Shown: positions 15,942-24,806, counted from the stretch's first letter. The stretch: 32,000 nucleotides of DNA from Candidatus Methylomirabilis oxygeniifera (GCA_000091165.1 FP565575.1:840001-872000); one strand, 5' to 3'. Notes: generated by a model not told the origin, from the letters alone. Numbers and translations: made by a program.

Positions 15942-18224
15942 CTACAGGTAATGGCCGAGAGCGGAGTCCTTTTGCGGTACCGCCTGGCGCAGGCGCTTGC
16001 CGACTTCGGCGTACTCCCGCTCCATCGCCTCGGTGACGGACGGAAGTGTCTCGGCAAGTGCGGCCAGGAAGTCGGCGTGCGTGACCGCCTTGGCCTCCAG
16101 GTCCTTGCGTAGGGCAAGCTGGGCGGCGCGCATGCAGATCAAAGCCAGGTCGGCCCCGGTAAACCGGTCGGTCCTGCGGACAAGGTCCTTCAGGTCCACG
16201 TCGTCGGCGAGGGCCATGTGACGGGTGTGAACAGCGAGGATCTCGTGACGGGCGGCGGCGTCAGGGACCGGAACGTAGACCAGCGCATCAAAGCGCCCGG
16301 GGCGCAGCAGCGCCGGATCGATGAGGTCGGGCCGGTTGGTGGCCCCCAGGATGACCACCCCGCGCAGCTCCTCCAGGCCGTCCAACTCGGAGAGGAGTTG
16401 GTTGACGATCCGCTCGGTCACATGCGGTTCGCCTGCCGCCGTCCCGCGTCGCGGCACAAGGGCATCCACCTCGTCGAAGAATACGATGGCGGGGGCCACC
16501 TGGCGGGCTTTGGCGAAGAACTCTCGAATACGCTGTTCCGACTCGCCGTACCATTTGGAGAGTAGGTCGCTCCCTTTGGCCAGCATGAAGTTGGCCTTCG
16601 CCTCGTTGGCGACGGCCTTGGCCAGAAGGGTTTTTCCTGTCCCTGGCGGACCATACAGCAGGACGCCTTTGGGCGGCTTGATGCCGAGGCGCTCGAAGGC
16701 CTGAGGATGGGTCAGCGGCAGTTCCACAGTCTCCCGAAGGGCCCGTTTGACATCGGCCAGGCCGCCGACATCGCTCCAGGTCACCCGAGGAACCTCGATC
16801 AACAGCTCCCGAAGGGCCGAAGGGCGGATCCGCCGTAACGCCTGGTTAAAGTCCTCGTGGGTGACGACCAGACGCTGCAGGACCTCGGCGGGGAATGTTT
16901 CAAGCCTGAGATCCAACTCCGGGAGGATGCGCCGGAGCGCATTCAGGGCCGCCTCACGGCAAAGGGCGGCCAAGTCCGAACCAACACAGCCGTGCGTGAG
17001 GTCCGCCACCCAATCCAGGTTGACATCCGGGGCAAGCGGCATGGCCCGCGTGTGAATCGTGAGAATCTGACGGCGCCCATTACGGTTGGGCACCCGCAGC
17101 TCAATCTCCCGGTCGAAGCGGCCTGGGCGGCGTAACGCCAGATCGATCGCGCCGACGCGGTTGGTGGCTCCGATGACGATCACATTACCGCGCGGCGTCA
17201 GGCCGTCCATTAATGTCAACAGTTGGGCCACGACCCGCCGTTCTACCTCGCCCATCACCGCCTCGCGCTTGGGGGCGATCGAGTCAAGCTCATCGATAAA
17301 AATAATGGCGGGCGGGTTCTCCTGCCCCTCCTGGAAGATCGCGCGAAGGCGTTCCTCCGATTCGCCGTAGAAACGTCCCATGATTTCGGGTCCATTGATG
17401 GTGGCGAAGTGGGCCTTGGCTTCATTGGCCAGGGCCTGGGCGAGGAGGGTCTTACCGGTCCCCGGAGGGCCGTGCAGGAGCACGCCTTTGGGCGGCGCAA
17501 TCCCAAGCCGATCGAACAGTTCCGGATGTTTGAGCGGCAGCTCCACAACCTCCCGGATCTCATTGATGACGTCGCCAAGCCCGCCGATGTCGTCGTAGGT
17601 GATATCCGGAAGGTGGGCCTCTTTGGTCTCGACAAACTCAGGGAGGAGTTCTACCTCGGTTTGGGGATTGATGCGCACAATGCCGGATGGGACGGTGCCC
17701 GCGACGACCAGGCGCACCTCGCCCAAGCCGATTGCCAGTGAGCCGAGTAAGCCACGGAAGAGTTCCTCCGGGTACATCCCGGGTGGGACAATCTCCTTGG
17801 AACGTGAGGCTGTTCCGACCGAGATCAGGTCGCCACGAACGACAGGACGGTAGAGCAGCGCCTGGCGGAGTACCTCGCCTGGGGCGACGGCGCGCAAGCC
17901 CTTGCGGGCGGGCGCCAGCGTCACCTTTTGCGCATCCCGCCAGACGGCCTTGCGGACCTGCACGTAATCGCCTATGCTGGCATGCGCATTCGTGCGAATC
18001 ACGCCATCGACCCGGACCACATCCAGGCCTTGATCGGCTGAGCGGGCCGCCGCCACCAGGGCTGCCGTTTCCCGATCCCCGATAATGGAGACAATCTCGC
18101 CCCGTTCCAACTCCAGGACGGCAAAGGCTGCGTCGCTGACGCGGACAATCCCGCGACCGACGTCCTCCTGGCCGGCTTCAGCCACCTTCAGGCGAATGTC
18201 TCCCTCCACGTGAGGCTGTTGCAT
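15942..18224 (-). CDS. Cdc48/VCP(p97)/VAT-like double-ring AAA+ ATPase
   Basis: 760 aa. Cdc48-type N-domain (GIVRVSDAAFAVLELERGEIVSIIG...VVRVDGVIRTNAHASIGDYVQV). Two AAA cassettes, each with GPPGTGKT and DELD/DEVD Walker B plus second-region-of-homology arginines (RRPGRFD, LRPGRFD). The C-terminus is ...DSALGHYL*. Confidence 0.9.
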   Translation of the reverse strand: MQQPHVEGDIRLKVAEAGQEDVGRGIVRVSDAAFAVLELERGEIVSIIGDRETAALVAAARSADQGLDVVRVDGVIRTNAHASIGDYVQVRKAVWRDAQKVTLAPARKGLRAVAPGEVLRQALLYRPVVRGDLISVGTASRSKEIVPPGMYPEELFRGLLGSLAIGLGEVRLVVAGTVPSGIVRINPQTEVELLPEFVETKEAHLPDITYDDIGGLGDVINEIREVVELPLKHPELFDRLGIAPPKGVLLHGPPGTGKTLLAQALANEAKAHFATINGPEIMGRFYGESEERLRAIFQEGQENPPAIIFIDELDSIAPKREAVMGEVERRVVAQLLTLMDGLTPRGNVIVIGATNRVGAIDLALRRPGRFDREIELRVPNRNGRRQILTIHTRAMPLAPDVNLDWVADLTHGCVGSDLAALCREAALNALRRILPELDLRLETFPAEVLQRLVVTHEDFNQALRRIRPSALRELLIEVPRVTWSDVGGLADVKRALRETVELPLTHPQAFERLGIKPPKGVLLYGPPGTGKTLLAKAVANEAKANFMLAKGSDLLSKWYGESEQRIREFFAKARQVAPAIVFFDEVDALVPRRGTAAGEPHVTERIVNQLLSELDGLEELRGVVILGATNRPDLIDPALLRPGRFDALVYVPVPDAAARHEILAVHTRHMALADDVDLKDLVRRTDRFTGADLALICMRAAQLALRKDLEAKAVTHADFLAALAETLPSVTEAMEREYAEVGKRLRQAVPQKDSALGHYL

Positions 18225-18851
18225 CTACTCTTTCGCTCCCGTAGTCTGGTCGTTCGTCTGACGCCCGTCGAAATACGCAAGGCCGGCAGGCAGTTGTATT
18301 CGAATTGTGTCTTGCGCCACGCACGGACTCTACCAAGGGCAGCAGATCGCGTCAAGGTCAGAGTGGAGAAAAATTGTCGCAGAGTCATGATCGAGCATTC
18401 TTAGATCGAGGAAGCAAACGGCGGGAGCCTGTAAAAAGCAAAAGCCACAAGGTGTTCGTTCGTACATCACCTCCGGACTAGGCCGGACACCCCGTGGCTC
18501 TCTCGAGGAAACCTCACTTGGAGCGGGTTTTGGTCCCAGGCTAAGCCCTCTTGCTCTGCAAGCATTCACAACTTCGTGCTTGCTCGCGGCTCTTTCAGCC
18601 ATCGCCCGTTCACTGGGGCTTCCTCACTACTAATATAGGGCGATCCCCAATTGTGTGCAAGACCCACTCTGTGTTTATCCGACAGATCAGCCTGCTTTGT
18701 CTCTTTCCCAAGGATGCCGATGAAGGGTATACTGGGGCGCTCTTGCAGACAGGACACCTGGTAGGCACGCAGGAGAATCGGCGGAACGATGTCTTCAATG
18801 GCTGTGAGCGGATGGTCACATAACCTGCTTCACGGAAGGAGCCAACCGACC

Positions 18852-19325
18852 ATGATCCCGAAGTATCGGAAGTTGCTGGTCACTACCGATTTTTCGCCTC
18901 TCGGAAACGCTGCCGTTCCTCATGCGTATGCCGTCCTGGCAGAACGTGGCGGGACCGTCATTCTCTGCTACGTCACGGATGTGCATGGACCGCCGAACCC
19001 GCTCTACGCTCACTATTCGCCATGGGGCTCGCTCTCAGGAGAGGAGCGAACGGAGCTCCGACAGACACTGCTTCGTTCGCTGGAAGCACTTGTACCCGAG
19101 CAGGTCCGTCACGAGGGGATCGTGACAACGGAGGTGCGGGTGGTTGAGACCCCATTGCTGGTCCATGAGGCGATCTGTCAGGAGGCCGCCGAACTGGACG
19201 TGGATCTGATCGTGATGGGATCCCATGGTCATTCCGGGATGGCCCGCCTGCTCCTGGGCTCGGTGGCAGAGCAAGTACTGCGGTCAGCCGATCGCCCTAT
19301 TCTTATTGTCCACAGCCGAGGTTAA
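18852..19325 (+). CDS. Universal stress protein (single UspA domain)
   Basis: SD ggaaggag. YRKLLVTTDFSPLGNAAVPHAYAV...DLIVMGSHGHSGMARLLLGSVAEQVLRSADRPILIV contains the G-x2-G-x9-G(S/T) ATP motif. Confidence 0.85.
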   Translation: MIPKYRKLLVTTDFSPLGNAAVPHAYAVLAERGGTVILCYVTDVHGPPNPLYAHYSPWGSLSGEERTELRQTLLRSLEALVPEQVRHEGIVTTEVRVVETPLLVHEAICQEAAELDVDLIVMGSHGHSGMARLLLGSVAEQVLRSADRPILIVHSRG

Positions 19326-19501
19326 CGCCTCTTGTGTTGGCAGAGGCGCGAGATATCTGCGCTTGCGTCAAGTCATGGTGGGAATCTATAATGCTGCATA
19401 GATAGCCCGTACGGCATGGCTGTACTACGGCGTACAAAACCCCCATGGACCATAAAATGTGCCTAACAATCACATCCGCCCCTTGACAACCAAGACAGTT
19501 G

Positions 19502-19615
19502 CTCAATCCCCCTCTGCGAAAGGGGGAAGCGAGGGTACGCATCAGTAATACCCCCCTTTACGAAAGGGGGGCTACGGGGAGTTTGTCTGAGCTGCGCGCT
19601 GATCGCTGAACGCTA
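19502..19615 (+). repeat. Double-hairpin intergenic repeat, copy B
   Basis: Collinear with 5038-5158: ctcaatccccctctgcgaaaggggg ... ccccccttta-cgaaagggggg ... gtttgtctgagctg...gatcgctgaacgcta. Ends 32 nt before the rhodanese start. Confidence 0.7.
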
Positions 19616-19647
19616 TGTTCGACGGCGCCTGGGACAGGAGGGATGGG

Positions 19648-20535
19648 GTGAAACGAGTAATGATGGCAGCGGTAGCAGCGATGACGCTGCTCGCGGCGAC
19701 TCCGTGGTTGACCCTGGCTGCGGGTTACGGCAACCCACAGTTGCTTGTGAACACTCAGTGGTTGATCCAGCACCTGAATGATCGGGATCTGCGGATCATC
19801 GACATGCGCAACAGCCCGGACGAGTACGCGGCCGGACACATTCCCGGCGCGGTCCATCTGTCGGTCAATCAGGCCCGTGTGGCCTTGAAAGAGTCCGGTT
19901 TCGCCCTGCCTCCCGATTATGAGATCGAAGAGCGATTGGGGCAGCTCGGAATCACCAAAGATACTATGGTGGTTGTATATGACGATCAGGGAGGGCTCAA
20001 TGCCTCGCGCCTGTTCTTTACCCTTGAATATGCCGGTCACAAAAAGGTGGCGTTGTTGAACGGGGGCATCACGAAGTGGGTCGCTGAAGAGCGGCCTCTG
20101 TCGAAGACGGCGCCGCAGGTGAGTAAGACGGTCTACCAGGTCCAGGCTGAGACGCAGCGTGTCGTGGCGGCGAACTGGATTGTCGCCAACCTGGGGAAGC
20201 CGAATCTGGCCCTGGTGGACGCGCGATCGGCTGCTGAGTTTCGCGGCGAGGATCTGCGGGCCAAGCGGGGAGGCCACATCCCGGGGGCCGTCAACATTGA
20301 GTGGACGCACAACCTGGCCGCCGACAAGACATTCAAACCGGCGGAGGAACTCCTGGCGCTTTATAGCCAGGCGGGGGTCACGAAGGATAAGACGATCGTG
20401 AGCTACTGCCAGACGATGCATCGCGGCGCCGTGACCTACTTTATACTCCGGCTCCTGGGGTATTCGGATGTTCGCGGGTACGATCGCTCCTGGAGCGAGT
20501 GGGGTAACGACCTGTCGCTGCCCGCACAGTGGTGA
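19648..20535 (+). CDS. Exported tandem-rhodanese sulfurtransferase (thiosulfate/3-mercaptopyruvate sulfurtransferase family)
   Basis: GTG 19648 lies 6 nt after aggagg and gives VKRVMMAAVAAMTLLAATPWLTLAAG, which is signal-peptide-like. Two rhodanese domains. Active-site loop YCQTMHRGA in the C-terminal domain. Confidence 0.85.
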   Translation: MKRVMMAAVAAMTLLAATPWLTLAAGYGNPQLLVNTQWLIQHLNDRDLRIIDMRNSPDEYAAGHIPGAVHLSVNQARVALKESGFALPPDYEIEERLGQLGITKDTMVVVYDDQGGLNASRLFFTLEYAGHKKVALLNGGITKWVAEERPLSKTAPQVSKTVYQVQAETQRVVAANWIVANLGKPNLALVDARSAAEFRGEDLRAKRGGHIPGAVNIEWTHNLAADKTFKPAEELLALYSQAGVTKDKTIVSYCQTMHRGAVTYFILRLLGYSDVRGYDRSWSEWGNDLSLPAQW

Positions 20536-20637
20536 GCGGGTGGTGGAGATACAAGACGCTCTGTGGACGACGGTCGGACGTACGACATATCTTCGCGGTG
20601 ACAGGCTGCAACATTTTGCGATGGCGTGAGGAGAGAC

Positions 20638-21636
20638 ATGGGTGAGTTGCGGCGCGATCCGGTAAGAAATCGTTGGGTAGTGATCGATTCGGAGCGGCCG
20701 GATCGAGATGCCGGCTTGAAGGTGGAGGCGCAGCCGCCCCCACCGCTTTCCGGTCCATGCCCCCTATGTCCCGGTAATGAGTTGATGACTCCACCCGAGA
20801 TTATGGCGTTTGGCGAGCCCTCACGCCAGCGGAATCAGACCGGCTGGTGGGTTCGAGTTACCCCTGACCTGCAGCCTCTGTGCCGGATTGAGGGTGATTT
20901 CGATCGAAGGCCGGAGGGGCCCTTCGACGTGATGAATGCCGTAGGGGCCCATGAGATCGTCATAGAGAGTCCACAGCATCATTCAACGTGGGCGGAATTT
21001 TCGGAGCAGCAGTTGGAGCGGGTGCTGCGCGCCTACCGGCTACGCAGTCTGGATCTTCGCCTGGATGAGCGGTTCCGATCGCTGATCGTCGTCAAGAACC
21101 ATGCGGATGCGGCCGGCATCCTCAGCCATCCCCATTCCCACGTGCTGGCATTCCCGTTCGTCCCGTACGGGATTGAAGAGGAACTGCGCGGGTGTCGGGA
21201 GTTCTACGCGAGAAAGGAGCGCTGCGCCTTCTGCGACATCATACTCCATGAGCGGGTCTCACGCGTCAGACGGGTGGCGGAGACCGAGCACTTCGTGGTG
21301 GTGACGCCCTTCGCCTCCCGCTTTCCTTTCGAGACGTGGGTGCTGCCACTCCGTCACGCCTCCGATTTCGCGAAGATCGGCGAAAGAGAGTTGGTCGATC
21401 TGGCCGGCCTCATGAAGCGGATGATGCAGATGGTCGGGAAGGTGCTCGGCAACCAGTCCTGCACGATCGTCCTCCATAGCGCCCCATTCGACGAACCGCA
21501 CCGGCATGACTATCACTGGCATTTAGAGATCATCCCTAAAACTGCGCCTGTGGCGGCATTCGGGTGGGGCGCCAGACTTTTTGTGAACCCGATTCCGCCT
21601 GAGGAGGCGGCCGTCCTGATGGCGCCACAGATGTAA
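20638..21636 (+). CDS. GalT-like HIT-superfamily nucleotidyltransferase/phosphorylase (galactose-1-phosphate uridylyltransferase family)
   Basis: RRDPVRNRWVVI, Zn-knuckle CPLCPGNE, and nucleotidyl-histidine motif SHPHSHVLAF (HxHxH rather than the GalT HxHxQ). Duplicated half-barrel layout, 332 aa. Confidence 0.75.
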   Translation: MGELRRDPVRNRWVVIDSERPDRDAGLKVEAQPPPPLSGPCPLCPGNELMTPPEIMAFGEPSRQRNQTGWWVRVTPDLQPLCRIEGDFDRRPEGPFDVMNAVGAHEIVIESPQHHSTWAEFSEQQLERVLRAYRLRSLDLRLDERFRSLIVVKNHADAAGILSHPHSHVLAFPFVPYGIEEELRGCREFYARKERCAFCDIILHERVSRVRRVAETEHFVVVTPFASRFPFETWVLPLRHASDFAKIGERELVDLAGLMKRMMQMVGKVLGNQSCTIVLHSAPFDEPHRHDYHWHLEIIPKTAPVAAFGWGARLFVNPIPPEEAAVLMAPQM

Positions 21637-21645
21637 GGCGACGCG

Positions 21646-22251
21646 ATGTGCCCGCCGGAGCCGCAGAAGCTCAGCCTGAACCTGGGGGATGCCCTGATCG
21701 TTGTGGATGTCCAGAACGATTTTCTGCCGGGGGGTAGCTTGGCGGTGCCGCAAGGGGATGACGTCATCCCTGTCCTCAATCGCTACCTGGCCGATTTTGC
21801 GCGCCGAGGCCTGCCGATCTTCATCACCCGAGACTGGCACCCCCCTGATCACTGTTCGTTTCAACCATACGGGGGACCTTGGCCTCCTCATTGTGTGGCC
21901 GGTTCGGAAGGCGCGGCGTTTGCCCCCGCCCTCGAACTTCCCGCCTCCAGTACCCGCATTACCCTCAAAGGCACGCAGCCAGAGAAGGACGCCTATTCCG
22001 CGTTCGACGGAACGGATCTTGATGTACGGCTGCGCGCCCATGGCGTAGGGCGCCTCTTTGTCGGCGGCCTGGCGACCGACTACTGCGTCCTGTGTACGGT
22101 AGAGGATGGTCTGAAGGCCGGGTATGCGGTCGTTCTCCTTCAGGATGCGGTCCGGGCCGTCAATGTGCGCCCCGGTGACGGAGAACGGGCGGAAGCGGAG
22201 ATGATTCGACGGGGGGCCATACCGATCCGACTGGAGATGCTGGCTGTATGA
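21646..22251 (+). CDS. pncA: Nicotinamidase/pyrazinamidase (isochorismatase family)
   Basis: ALIVVDVQNDFLPGGSL (catalytic Asp), RDWHPPDH / WPPHCV (metal site), GLATDYCV (nucleophilic Cys). Confidence 0.85.
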   Translation: MCPPEPQKLSLNLGDALIVVDVQNDFLPGGSLAVPQGDDVIPVLNRYLADFARRGLPIFITRDWHPPDHCSFQPYGGPWPPHCVAGSEGAAFAPALELPASSTRITLKGTQPEKDAYSAFDGTDLDVRLRAHGVGRLFVGGLATDYCVLCTVEDGLKAGYAVVLLQDAVRAVNVRPGDGERAEAEMIRRGAIPIRLEMLAV

Positions 22252-23585
22252 GTCGTCCATCAAGCCTACTGTTGACCGATCTCTATCAGCTCACCATGCT
22301 GCAAGGGTATGTCGAGCATGGGATGGAGGAGCAGGCGACCTTTGAGTTCTTTGTGCGTAAGCTGCCGCCGACGCGAAATTTCCTGCTGGCGGCGGGGCTG
22401 GAACAGGCGCTGAGCTTCCTCGAAGAGTTGCGTTTTACATCCGAGGAGCTGGAGTGGCTGAGCGGCTGCGGTCTGTTTCGGCCGACCCTTGTAGACTACC
22501 TGGAAACCCTGCATTTTACCGGCGATGTGCATGCGATGCCGGAAGGAACGGTCTTTTTCCCTGATGAGCCGATCGTACGGATCACCGCCCCGATTCCACA
22601 GGCGCAACTGGTAGAGACGCGTCTGATTAACCTGCTCCACTTCCAGACCCTCATCGCCTCCAAGGCGGTGCGTTCGGTGCTCGTTGCCCCGGGAAAGCTC
22701 CTGGTCGATTTTGGTCTGCGTCGCGCCCACGGGGCGGAGGCCGGGTTGCTTGCGGCGCGCGCCAGCTACCTTGCGGGATTCTCAGGGACGTCCGCGGTGC
22801 AGGCGGCGCCGGTATTCGGCATACCGATCTACGGGACGATGGCGCACTCCTTCGTTCAGGCTCACGTGGATGAGACGGCCGCCTTCGAACGTTTCGCGTA
22901 TGCGAATGCGGATAATGTTGTCCTGCTCATCGACACCTACGATACCGAGGCGGGTGCGGCGAAGGTCGTATCGCTGGCGTCGCGATTGCGGGAGAAGGGC
23001 ATCGCCATCCAGGGGGTGCGCCTGGACAGCGGTGATCTTGCGGACCATGCCCGCAAGGTGCGGCGGATTCTGGACGAGGGTGGGTTGACCGACGCGACGA
23101 TCTTTGCCAGCGGGAACCTGGACGAGTTCAGCGTGGCGCAGTTGCTCGCCGCGCAAGCTCCGATTGATGGCTTTGGCATCGGCACGCGCATGGATACCTC
23201 CGCCGATGCCCCCTACCTGGATTGTGCCTACAAGCTGGAGGAATACGGTGGACAGGCACGTCGGAAGCGCTCTGAGGGCAAGGCGACATGGCCGGGCCGC
23301 AAGCAGGTTTATCGCCGGTATGACGCCGACGGCCGTATGCACTCCGATATCCTGACCGTGGAAGATGATCTGCAGGATGGCGAGCCGTTGATCCGGCCGG
23401 TGATGCGCGCCGGCAAGCGCCTTTGCGCTCCGCCTCCCCTCACGACACTTCGTGAGCGCGTGCGTGAACAACTCGCGCGTTTGCCGCACGGGCTGCGGAC
23501 GCTTGAGAAAGGGCCGGACTATCCCGTTCACGTCTCTGCTGCGCTACGCGACCTGGCCAAGACTGTAGACGAACATCAACTCTGA
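22248..23585 (+). CDS. pncB: Nicotinate phosphoribosyltransferase
   Basis: N-terminus LLTDLYQLTMLQGY, GTMAHSFVQ and IDTYDT...GVRLDSGD are typical of the NAPRTase family. ATGA start/stop overlap with pncA. Confidence 0.9.
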   Translation: MSRPSSLLLTDLYQLTMLQGYVEHGMEEQATFEFFVRKLPPTRNFLLAAGLEQALSFLEELRFTSEELEWLSGCGLFRPTLVDYLETLHFTGDVHAMPEGTVFFPDEPIVRITAPIPQAQLVETRLINLLHFQTLIASKAVRSVLVAPGKLLVDFGLRRAHGAEAGLLAARASYLAGFSGTSAVQAAPVFGIPIYGTMAHSFVQAHVDETAAFERFAYANADNVVLLIDTYDTEAGAAKVVSLASRLREKGIAIQGVRLDSGDLADHARKVRRILDEGGLTDATIFASGNLDEFSVAQLLAAQAPIDGFGIGTRMDTSADAPYLDCAYKLEEYGGQARRKRSEGKATWPGRKQVYRRYDADGRMHSDILTVEDDLQDGEPLIRPVMRAGKRLCAPPPLTTLRERVREQLARLPHGLRTLEKGPDYPVHVSAALRDLAKTVDEHQL

Positions 23586-23645
23586 ACGGCTTGACCGCCT
23601 ACGGCTGTCATGCTACAGTCGGCCCATTCCTTTCGTCGTAACCGT

Positions 23646-23723
23646 GCGCCCGTAGCTCAGCCCGGATAGAGCGTTTGCCTGCGGAGCAAAAGGCCGGCAG
23701 TTCAAATCTGCCCGGGCGCACCA
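23646..23723 (+). tRNA. tRNA-Arg, anticodon GCG, CCA encoded
   Basis: Manual cloverleaf: acceptor gcgcccg/cgggcgc; D arm gctc-agcccggata-gagc; anticodon arm tttgc-ctGCGga-gcaaa; variable aggcc; T arm ggcag-ttcaaat-ctgcc; discriminator A + cca. Confidence 0.85.
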
Positions 23724-23853
23724 ATGACTTCCAACCAGTACTGCCTCCGGGCCTGCCTTTCGCCATAGAATATTACGACGTGTTGTTCAGAGCGTATAGG
23801 GGTGGGGCGCCATACGATGACGGTTCAGTTAGGGTTACAGGGGGAGGTGCGAC

Positions 23854-24429
23854 ATGAGTAGGATTGTGGATGAGGTGCTCACCGCGAACAGGGGCTATGC
23901 CGCAACGTTTGGAGACAAGAGCACGTTGCCGATGCCGCCGGGACGACGGTTTGCCATCCTGACCTGTATGGATGCGCGTCTTGATCCGGCCAAGTACGCG
24001 GGGCTGTCGGAAGGGGATGCGCACGTGATCCGCAATGCAGGCGGACGCGCCAGCGACGACGCGATCCGGTCGCTGGTCATTTCCTACAAGCTCCTGGGCA
24101 CCCGGGAATGGTTCGTCATCCATCACACCAATTGCGGGATGGAGACCTTTACCGATGAGATCATGCGCGGGCTACTGGCCAAGAGTCTGAAGACCGCAAC
24201 CATCGATGCCGCCGGATGGCATGATACCGGTCAAGGTCCCGGGTCAACGGAAGGCGCGTTTATCGACTGGTTGACCATCGCCGACCAGGTCGAGAGTGTC
24301 AGTGCCGACGTGCGCCGCATCAGGATGCATCCGCTGGTCCCGCGCGATATTCCCATCTATGGCTACATCTACGACGTGAAGACCGGTCAGCTTGTCGAGG
24401 TCTCTGAAGCCACGCGAATCGGGGCGTAG
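23854..24429 (+). CDS. Beta-class carbonic anhydrase (Rv1284/clade-D-like)
   Basis: SD gggggagg. Zn ligands in [10 protein letters not shown] and HHTNCGM. The [12 protein letters not shown] block is typical of this subclass. Confidence 0.85.
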   Translation: MSRIVDEVLTANRGYAATFGDKSTLPMPPGRRFAILTCMDARLDPAKYAGLSEGDAHVIRNAGGRASDDAIRSLVISYKLLGTREWFVIHHTNCGMETFTDEIMRGLLAKSLKTATIDAAGWHDTGQGPGSTEGAFIDWLTIADQVESVSADVRRIRMHPLVPRDIPIYGYIYDVKTGQLVEVSEATRIGA

Positions 24430-24726
24430 AGGCGAAACATTTATCGTCCCTGGCCGTCGGGTGGGAAACCGCTGGAAACAGTAGATCTTCACCGGCTAGG
24501 CCGCTCATAGCGTCTCCTTGTCCAACGTGCTACGCTATCTGGAAACGTCTGCATCAAGGTGCTGCGAGAGTACCGGCGCCCTGGTGCGCTCGTTCTCCGT
24601 TGTAAGCTATTCAAGCGCTCTTCCGATGTCAGTCCCGATCGTTCGACAAGAAGGGTTAGATTGATCCCGAAGTCGTGCGCCGGCGCGATAGCGCTGTGTG
24701 GTCGAGGATTGCAACCAAAAAAATTC

Positions 24727-24756
24727 TTGACAGACGAAGTATGGGGGTTGTATAAG
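24727..24756 (+). promoter_or_regulatory. Candidate sigma-70 promoter of the sulfur operon (TTGACA-18 nt-TATAAG)
   Basis: A perfect -35 ttgaca (24727-24732), preceded by an A-tract (aaaaaaa), and a -10 tataag (24751-24756), 51 nt upstream of the Rrf2 start. Confidence 0.4.
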
Positions 24757-24776
24757 AAACACGACTAGCTCAATCG

Positions 24777-24798
24777 ACTTACTATGTTTTCGGTAAGT
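24777..24798 (+). promoter_or_regulatory. Inverted repeat acttac-N10-gtaagt in the 5' leader (possible Rrf2 operator)
   Basis: Perfect 6-bp arms at 24777-24782 and 24793-24798, between the putative -10 and the Rrf2 ATG. Confidence 0.3.
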
Positions 24799-24806
24799 AG
24801 TGAAAA

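Noticed and set aside
18400-18700. A known structured RNA (RNase P, SRP, tmRNA, 6S) in the long intergenic region.
   Set aside because: I could not find the conserved cores of these RNAs on either strand. It is left as an open question needing a covariance-model scan.
5038-19615. Hairpin repeats as a CRISPR array.
   Set aside because: There are only two copies, 14 kb apart. There is no regular repeat-spacer periodicity and no cas genes in the window.
23646-24429. tRNA-Arg as an integration site of a genomic island carrying the sulfur operon.
   Set aside because: No integrase is present. I saw no direct repeat of the tRNA 3' end downstream by eye. Downstream genes have core-like G+C.
24320-24508. 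Minus-strand 62-aa ORF with a good SD (aaggag) downstream of the carbonic anhydrase gene.
   Set aside because: It overlaps the 3' 110 nt of the well-supported CA gene, and its translation is Arg-rich and low in complexity. It is probably fortuitous.
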